A DNA stretch of 64,000 nucleotides, from positions 12,049-76,048 of the forward strand of contig JAUCBJ010001812.1 of assembly GCA_032718475.1 (NCBI GenBank), written 5' to 3'. The position numbers and the translations under genes are program-made. Of this stretch, positions 55,701 through 64,000 are shown one piece after another. Under the pieces are notes generated by a model, which saw only the letters and a program-made list of their open reading frames with translations, was not told the DNA's origin and made no database searches. The DNA comes from Nemertoderma westbladi. Lineage: Eukaryota > Animalia > Xenacoelomorpha. Positions within the stretch are counted from its first letter, which is position 1; each line of letters starts with the position of its first letter.

Positions 55701-58700
55701 CCGATTAGATAGTGCTGAATGGAATGCAATTAATCTAGATAGAATAAAGTCCGATTAGATAGATAGTGCTGAATGGAATGCAATTAATTTAGATAGAATA
55801 ACGTCCGATTAGATAGTGCTGAATGGAATGCAATTAATTTAGGTAGAATAAAGTCCGAAGTAGATAGTGCTGAATGGAATGCAATTAATCTAGATAGAAT
55901 AAAGTCCGATTAGATAGTGCTGAATGGAATGCAATTAATTTAGGTAGAATAAAGTCCGAAGTAGATAGTGCTGAATGGAATGCAATTAATTTAGATAGAA
56001 TAAAGTCCGATTAGATAGATAGTGCTGAATGGAATGCAATTAATTTAGATAGAATAACGTCCGATTAGATAGTGCTGAATGGAATGCAATTAATTTAGGT
56101 AGAATAAAGTCCGAAGTAGATAGTGCTGAATGGAATGCAATTAATCTAGATAGAATAAAGTCCGATAGTAGATAGTGCTGAATGGAATGCAATTAATTTA
56201 GATAGAATAACGTCCGATTAGATAGTGCTGAATGGAATGCAATTAATTTAGGTAGAATAAAGTCCGAAGTAGATAGTGCTGAATGGAATGCAATTAATCT
56301 AGATAGAATAAAGTCCGATTAGATAGTGCTGAATGGAATGCAATTAATTTAGGTAGAATAAAGTCCGAAGTAGATAGTGCTGAATGGAATGCAATTAATT
56401 TAGATAGAATAAAGTCCGATTAGATAGATAGTGCTGAATGGAATGCAATTAATTTAGATAGAATAACGTCCGATTAGATAGTGCTGAATGGAATGCAATT
56501 AATTTAGGTAGAATAAAGTCCGAAGTAGATAGTGCTGAATGGAATGCAATTAATCTAGATAGAATAAAGTCCGAAGTAGATAGTGCTGAATGGAATGCAA
56601 TTAATCTAGATAGAATAAAGTCCGATTAGATAGTGCTGAATGGAATGCAATTAATTTAGGTAGAATAAAGTCCGAAGTAGATAGTGCTGAATGGAATGCA
56701 ATTAATTTAGATAGAATAAAGTCCGATTAGATAGATAGTGCTGAATGGAATGCAATTAATTTAGATAGAATAACGTCCGATTAGATAGTGCTGAATGGAA
56801 TGCAATTAATCTAGATAGAATAAAGTCCGATTAGATAGATAGTGCTGAATGGAATGCAATTAATTTAGATAGAATAACGTCCGATTAGATAGTGCTGAAT
56901 GGAATGCAATTAATTTAGGTAGAATAAAGTCCGAAGTAGATAGTGCTGAATGGAATACAATTAATCTAGATAGAATAAAGTCCGATTAGATAGTGCTGAA
57001 TGGAATGCAATTAATTTAGGTAGAATAAAGTCCGAAGTAGATAGTGCTGAATGGAATGCAATTAATTTAGATAGAATAAAGTCCGATTAGATAGATAGTG
57101 CTGAATGGAATGCAATTAATTTAGATAGAATAACGTCCGATTAGATAGTGCTGAATGGAATGCAATTAATTTAGGTAGAATAAAGTCCGAAGTAGATAGT
57201 GCTGAATGGAATGCAATTAATCTAGATAGAATAAAGTCCGAAGTAGATAGTGCTGAATGGAATGCAATTAATCTAGATAGAATAAAGTCCGATTAGATAG
57301 TGCTGAATGGAATGCAATTAATTTAGGTAGAATAAAGTCCGAAGTAGATAGTGCTGAATGGAATGCAATTAATTTAGATAGAATAAAGTCCGATTAGATA
57401 GATAGTGCTGAATGGAATGCAATTAATTTAGATAGAATAACGTCCGATTAGATAGTGCTGAATGGAATGCAATTAATTTAGGTAGAATAAAGTCCGATTA
57501 GATAGTGCTGAATGGAATGCAATTAATTTAGGTAGAATAACGTCCGATTAGATAGTGCTGAATGGAATGCAATTAATTTAGATAGAATAAAGTCCGAAGA
57601 TAGATAGTGCTGAATGGAATGCAATTAATTTAGATAGAATAACGTCCGATTAGATAGTGCTGAATGGAATGCAATTAATTTAGGTAGAATAAAGTCCGAT
57701 TAGATAGTGCTGAATGGAATGCAATTAATTTAGGTAGAATAACGTCCGATTAGATAGTGCTGAATGGAATGCAATTAATTTAGATAGAATAAAGTCCGAA
57801 GTAGATAGTGCTGAATGGAATGCAATTAATCTAGATAGAATAAAGTCCGATTAGATAGTGCTGAATGGAATGCAATTAATTTAGATAGAATAAAGTCCGA
57901 AGTAAATAGTGCTGAATGGAATGCAATTAATTTAGGTAGAATAAAGTCCGAAGTAGATAGCCCTGAATGGAATGCAATTAATTTAGATAGAATAAAGTCC
58001 GATTAGATAGTGCTGAATGGAATGCAATTAATTTCGGTAGAATAAAGTCCGAAGTAGATAGCCCTGAATGGAATGCAATTAATTTAGGTAGAATAAAGTC
58101 CGATTAGATAGTGCTGAATGGAATGCAATTAATTTAGATAGAATAAAGTCCGATTAGATAGTGCTGAATGGAATGCAATTAATCTAGATAGAATAAAGTC
58201 CGATTAGATAGTGCTGAATGGAATGCAATTAATTTCGGTAGAATAAAGTCCGAAGTAGATAGCCCTGAATGGAATGCAATTAATTTAGGTAGAATAAAGT
58301 CCGATTAGATAGTGCTGAATGGAATGCAATTAATTTAGATAGAATAAAGTCCGATTAGATAGTGCTGAATGGAATGCAATTAATCTAGATAGAATAAAGT
58401 CCGATTAGATAGTGCTGAATGGAATGCAATTAATTTAGGTAGAATAAAGTCCGAAGTAGATAGTCCTGAATGGAATGCAATTAATTTAGGTAGAATAAAG
58501 TCCGATTAGATAGTGCTGAATGGAATGCAATTAATTTAGGTAGAATAACGTCCGATTAGATAGTGCTGAATGGAATGCAATTAATTTAGATAGAATAAAG
58601 TCCGATTAGATAGATAGTGCTGAATGGAATGCAATTAATTTAGATAGAATAACGTCCGATTAGATAGTGCTGAATGGAATGCAATTAATTTAGGTAGAAT

Positions 58701-61700
58701 AAAGTCCGATTAGATAGTGCTGAATGGAATGCAATTAATTTAGGTAGAATAACGTCCGATTAGATAGTGCTGAATGGAATGCAATTAATTTAGATAGAAT
58801 AAAGTCCGAGTAGATAGTGCTGAATGGAATGCAATTAATCTAGATAGAATAAAGTCCGATTAGATAGTGCTGAATGGAATGCAATTAATTTAGATAGAAT
58901 AAAGTCCGAAGTAAATAGTGCTGAATGGAATGCAATTAATTTAGGTAGAATAAAGTCCGAAGTAGATAGCCCTGAATGGAATGCAATTAATTTAGATAGA
59001 ATAAAGTCCGATTAGATAGTGCTGAATGGAATGCAATTAATTTCGGTAGAATAAAGTCCGAAGTAGATAGCCCTGAATGGAATGCAATTAATTTAGGTAG
59101 AATAAAGTCCGATTAGATAGTGCTGAATGGAATGCAATTAATTTAGATAGAATAAAGTCCGATTAGATAGTGCTGAATGGAATGCAATTAATCTAGATAG
59201 AATAAAGTCCGATTAGATAGTGCTGAATGGAATGCAATTAATTTAGGTAGAATAAAGTCCGAAGTAGATAGCCCTGAATGGAATGCAATTAATTTAGGTA
59301 GAATAAAGTCCGATTAGATAGTGCTGAATGGAATGCAATTAATTTAGATAGAATAAAGTCCGATTAGATAGTGCTGAATGGAATGCAATTAATTTAGGTA
59401 GAATAAAGTCCGAAGTAGATAGTGCTGAATGGAATGCAATTAATTTAGATAGAATAACGTCCGATTAGATAGTGCTGAATGGAATGCAATTAATTTAGGT
59501 AGAATAAAGTCCGATTAGATAGTGCTGAATGGAATGCAATTAATTTAGGTAGAATAAAGTCCGAAGTAGATAGTGCTGAATGGAATGCAATTAATTTAGA
59601 TAGAATAAAGTCCGATTAGATAGATAGTGCTGAATGGAATGCAATTAATTTAGGTAGAATAAAGTCCGAAGTAGATAGTGCTGAATGGAATGCAATTAAT
59701 CTAGGTAGAATAAAGTCCGAAGTAGATAGTGCTGAATGGAATGCAATTAATCTAGATAGAATAAAGTCCGATTAGATAGTGCTGAATGGAATGCAATTAA
59801 TTTAGGTAGAATAAAGTCCGAAGTAGATAGTGCTGAATGGAATGCAATTAATTTAGATAGAATAAAGTCCGATAGTAGATAGTGCTGAATGGAATGCAAT
59901 TAATTTAGGTAGAATAAAGTCCGAAGTAGATAGTGCTGAATGGAATGCAATTAATCTAGGTAGAATAAAGTCCGAAGTAGATAGTGCTGAATGGAATGCA
60001 ATTAATCTAGATAGAATAAAGTCCGATTAGATAGTGCTGAATGGAATGCAATTAATTTAGGTAGAATAAAGTCCGAAGTAGATAGTGCTGAATGGAATGC
60101 AATTAATTTAGATAGAATAAAGTCCGATAGTAGATAGTGCTGAATGGAATGCAATTAATTTAGGTAGAATAAAGTCCGAAGTAGATAGTGCTGAATGGAA
60201 TGCAATTAATCTAGGTAGAATAAAGTCCGAAGTAGATAGTGCTGAATGGAATGCAATTAATCTAGGTAGAATAAAGTCCGATTAGATAGTGCTGAATGGA
60301 ATGCAATTAATTTAGATAGAATAAAGTCCGAAGTAGATAGTGCTGAATGGAATGCAATTAATCTAGATAGAATAAAGTCCGAAGTAGATAGTGCTGAATG
60401 GAATGCAATTAATTTAGGTAGAATAAAGTCCGAGGTAGATAGTGCTGAATGGAATGCAATTAATCTAGATAGAATAAAGTCCGAAGTAGATAGTGCTGAA
60501 TGGAATGCAATTAATCTAGGTAGAATAAAGTCCGAAGTAGATAGTGCTGAATGGAATGCAATTAATCTAGATAGAATAAAGTCCGATTAGATAGTGCTGA
60601 ATGGAATGCAATTAATCTAGATAGAATAAAGTCCGAAGTAGATAGTGCTGAATGGAATGCAATTAATTTAGGTAGAATAAAGTCCGAAGTAGATAGTGCT
60701 GAATGGAATGCAATTAATCTAGATAGAATAAAGTCCGATTAGATAGTGCTGAATGGAATGCAATTAATTTAGGTAGAATAAAGTCCGAAGTAGATAGTGC
60801 TGAATGGAATGCAATTAATTTAGGTAGAATAAAGTCCGAAGTAGATAGTGCTGAATGGAATGCAATTAATCTAGATAGAATAAAGTCCGATTAGATAGTG
60901 CTGAATGGAATGCAATTAATCTAGATAGAATAAAGTCCGAAGTAGATAGTGCTGAATGGAATGCAATTAATTTAGGTAGAATAAAGTCCGAAGTAGATAG
61001 TGCTGAATGGAATGCAATTAATCTAGATAGAATAAAGTCCGAAGTAGATAGTGCTGAATGGAATGCAATTAATCTAGGTAGAATAAAGTCCGAAGTAGAT
61101 AGTGCTGAATGGAATGCAATTAATCTAGATAGAATAAACTCCGAAGTAGATAGTGCTGAATGGAATGCAATTAATCTAGATAGAATAAAGTCCGAAGTAG
61201 ATAGTGCTGAATGGAATGCAATTAATTTAGGTAGAATAAAGTCCGAAGTAGATAGTGTTGAATGGAATGCAATTAATTTAGGTAGAATAAAGTCCGAAGT
61301 AGATAGTGCTGAATGGAATGCAATTAATTTAGATAGAATAAAGTCCGAAGTAGATAGTGCTGAATGGAATGCAATTAATCTAGATAGAATAAAGTCCGAA
61401 GTAGATAGTGCTGAATGGAATGCAATTAATTTAGGTAGAATAAAGTCCGAAGTAGATAGTGCTGAATGGAATGCAATTAATTTAGGTAGAATAAAGTCCG
61501 AAGTAGATAGTGCTGAATGGAATGCAATTAATTTAGATAGAATAAAGTCCGAAGTAGATAGTGCTGAATGGAATGCAATTAATTTAGATAGAATAAAGTC
61601 CGAAGTAGATAGTGCTGAATGGAATGCAATTAATTTAGGTAGAATAAAGTCCGAAGTAGATAGTGCTGAATGGAATGCAATTAATTTAGGTAGAATAAAG

Positions 61701-64000
61701 TCCGAAGTAGATAGTGCTGAATGGAATGCAATTAATCTAGGTAGAATAAAGTCCGAAGTAGATAGTGCTGAATGGAATGCAATTAATTTAGGTAGAATAA
61801 AGTCCGAAGTAGATAGTGCTGAATGGAATGCAATTAATTTAGGTAGAATAAAGTCCGAAGTAGATAGTGCTGAATGGAATGCAATTAATTTAGGTAGAAT
61901 AAAGTCCGAAGTAGATAGTGCTGAATGGAATGCAATTAATTTAGGTAGAATAAAGTCCGAAGTAGATAGTGCTGAATGGAATGCAATTAATTTAGGTAGA
62001 ATAAAGTCCGAAGTAGATAGTGCTGAATGGAATGCAATTAATTTAGGTAGAATAAAGTCCGAAGTAGATAGTGCTGAATGGAATGCAATTAATTTAGGTA
62101 GAATAAAGTCCGAAGTAGATAGTGCTGAATGGAATGCAATTAATTTAGGTAGAATAAAGTCCGAAGTAGATAGTGCTGAATGGAATGCAATTAATTTAGG
62201 TAGAATAAAGTCCGAAGTAGATAGTGCTGAATGGAATGCAATTAATTTAGGTAGAATAAAGTCCGAAGTAGATAGTGCTGAATGGAATGCAATTAATTTA
62301 GGTAGAATAAAGTCCGAAGTAGATAGTGCTGAATGGAATGCAATTAATTTAGGTAGAATAAAGTCCGAAGTAGATAGTGCTGAATGGAATGCAATTAATT
62401 TAGGTAGAATAAAGTCCGAAGTAGATAGTGCTGAATGGAATGCAATTAATTTAGGTAGAATAAAGTCCGAAGTAGATAGTGCTGAATGGAATGCAATTAA
62501 TTTAGGTAGAATAAAGTCCGAAGTAGATAGTGCTGAATGGAATGCAATTAATTTAGGTAGAATAAAGTCCGAAGTAGATAGTGCTGAATGGAATGCAATT
62601 AATTTAGGTAGAATAAAGTCCGAAGTAGATAGTGCTGAATGGAATGCAATTAATTTAGGTAGAATAAAGTCCGAAGTAGATAGTGCTGAATGGAATGCAA
62701 TTAATTTAGGTAGAATAAAGTCCGAAGTAGATAGTGCTGAATGGAATGCAATTAATTTAGGTAGAATAAAGTCCGAAGTAGATAGTGCTGAATGGAATGC
62801 AATTAATTTAGGTAGAATAAAGTCCGAAGTAGATAGTGCTGAATGGAATGCAATTAATTTAGGTAGAATAAAGTCCGAAGTAGATAGTGCTGAATGGAAT
62901 GCAATTAATTTAGGTAGAATAAAGTCCGAAGTAGATAGTGCTGAATGGAATGCAATTAATTTAGGTAGAATAAAGTCCGAAGTAGATAGTGCTGAATGGA
63001 ATGCAATTAATTTAGGTAGAATAAAGTCCGAAGTAGATAGTGCTGAATGGAATGCAATTAATTTAGGTAGAATAAAGTAAGAAGTCATCCCCGCAAGGAA
63101 TGTAAATTAATGAGGTAGAATAAAGTCCGAAGTAGATAGTGCTGAATGGAATGCAATTAATTTAGGTAGAATAAAGTCCGAAGTAGATAGTGCTGAATGG
63201 AATGCAATTAATTTAGGTAGAATAAAGTAAGAAGTCATCCCTGCAAGGAATGTAAATTAATGAGGTAGAATAAAGTCCGAAGTAGATAGTGCTGAATGGA
63301 ATGCAATTAATTTAGGTAGAATAAAGTCCGAAGTAGATAGTGCTGAATGGAATGCAATTAATTTAGGTAGAATAAAGTCCGAAGTAGATAGTGCTGAATG
63401 GAATGCAATTAATTTAGGTAGAATAAAGTCCGAAGTAGATAGTGCTGAATGGAATGCAATTAATTTAGGTAGAATAAAGTCCGAAGTAGATAGTGCTGAA
63501 TGGAATGCAATTAATTTAGGTAGAATAAAGTCCGAAGTAGATAGTGCTGAATGGAATGCAATTAATTTAGGTAGAATAAAGTCCGAAGTAGATAGTGCTG
63601 AATGGAATGCAATTAATTTAGGTAGAATAAAGTCCGAAGTAGATAGTGCTGAATGGAATGCAATTAATTTAGGTAGAATAAAGTCCGAAGTAGATAGTGC
63701 TGAATGGAATGCAATTAATTTAGGTAGAATAAAGTCCGAAGTAGATAGTGCTGAATGGAATGCAATTAATTTAGGTAGAATAAAGTCCGAAGTAGATAGT
63801 GCTGAATGGAATGCATTTAATTTAGGTAGAATAAAGTCCGAAGTAGATAGTGCTGAATGGAATGCAATTAATTTAGGTAGAATAAAGTCCGAAGTAGATA
63901 GTGTTGAATGGAATGCAATTAATTTAGGTAGAATAAAGTGCGAAGTAGATAGTGCTGAATGGAATGCAATTAATTTAGGTAGAATAAACTCCGATTAGAT
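10698..64000. repeat. 50/51-bp satellite array, >53 kb and roughly 1,050 copies, open at the window end; derived from the 3' splice site of exon 10618-10718
   Basis: Consensus TAAAGTCCGAAGTAGATAGTGCTGAATGGAATGCAATTAATTTAGGTAGAA (51 bp). There is a common 50-bp CCGATTAGATA variant, plus 52-, 54- and 48-bp variants. It is head-to-tail in one orientation with no large insertion seen. The first copy overlaps the exon by 21 nt. Confidence 0.98.

Noticed and set aside
60866-63088. 740-aa ORF of LPKLIAFHSALSTSDFI repeats, and similar ORFs at 39663, 49219, 50035 and 50950
   Set aside because: A 51-bp unit has one stop-free frame. It is not the carrier's frame and is broken wherever 50-mers occur, so there is no sign of coding constraint.
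10698-64000. CRISPR array or human-type (GGAAT)n satellite
   Set aside because: There are no unique spacers or cas genes and the context is eukaryotic. GAATGGAATG is simply the reverse complement of the acceptor's pyrimidine-rich tract. Centromere function cannot be inferred from sequence.
10719-64000. Canonical recursive-splicing ratchet points in the satellite
   Set aside because: These need AG|GT. The units read CAG|CAC or CAG|GGC, so no donor is regenerated.

Overview
Eukaryotic (metazoan-type) genomic DNA. The whole window lies inside a minus-strand, spliced mitochondrial pyrimidine-nucleotide carrier gene (SLC25A33/SLC25A36/Rim2 family). Three consecutive in-phase coding exons are readable: 10618-10718, 2254-2320 and 902-1176. 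The 8.3-kb intron 2321-10617 carries a complete, intronless, same-strand RDH11/12/13-like short-chain dehydrogenase gene (5047-5955) and several transposon relics (RTE-type LINE 3' fragment, MITE-like pieces, tRNA-like head). The main observation is that the tandem arrays are amplified copies of the gene's own boundaries. The >53-kb, roughly 1,050-copy 50/51-bp satellite (10698 to window end) is the 3' splice site of one exon (30 nt intron + 21 nt exon). The 47-bp minisatellite at 1-908 is the 5' splice site of another exon. The C-rich repeat behind the nested gene starts as a duplication of its stop-codon region. Long ORFs in the satellite are by-products of the 51-bp period. All alignments and counts were done by eye and no database was searched.
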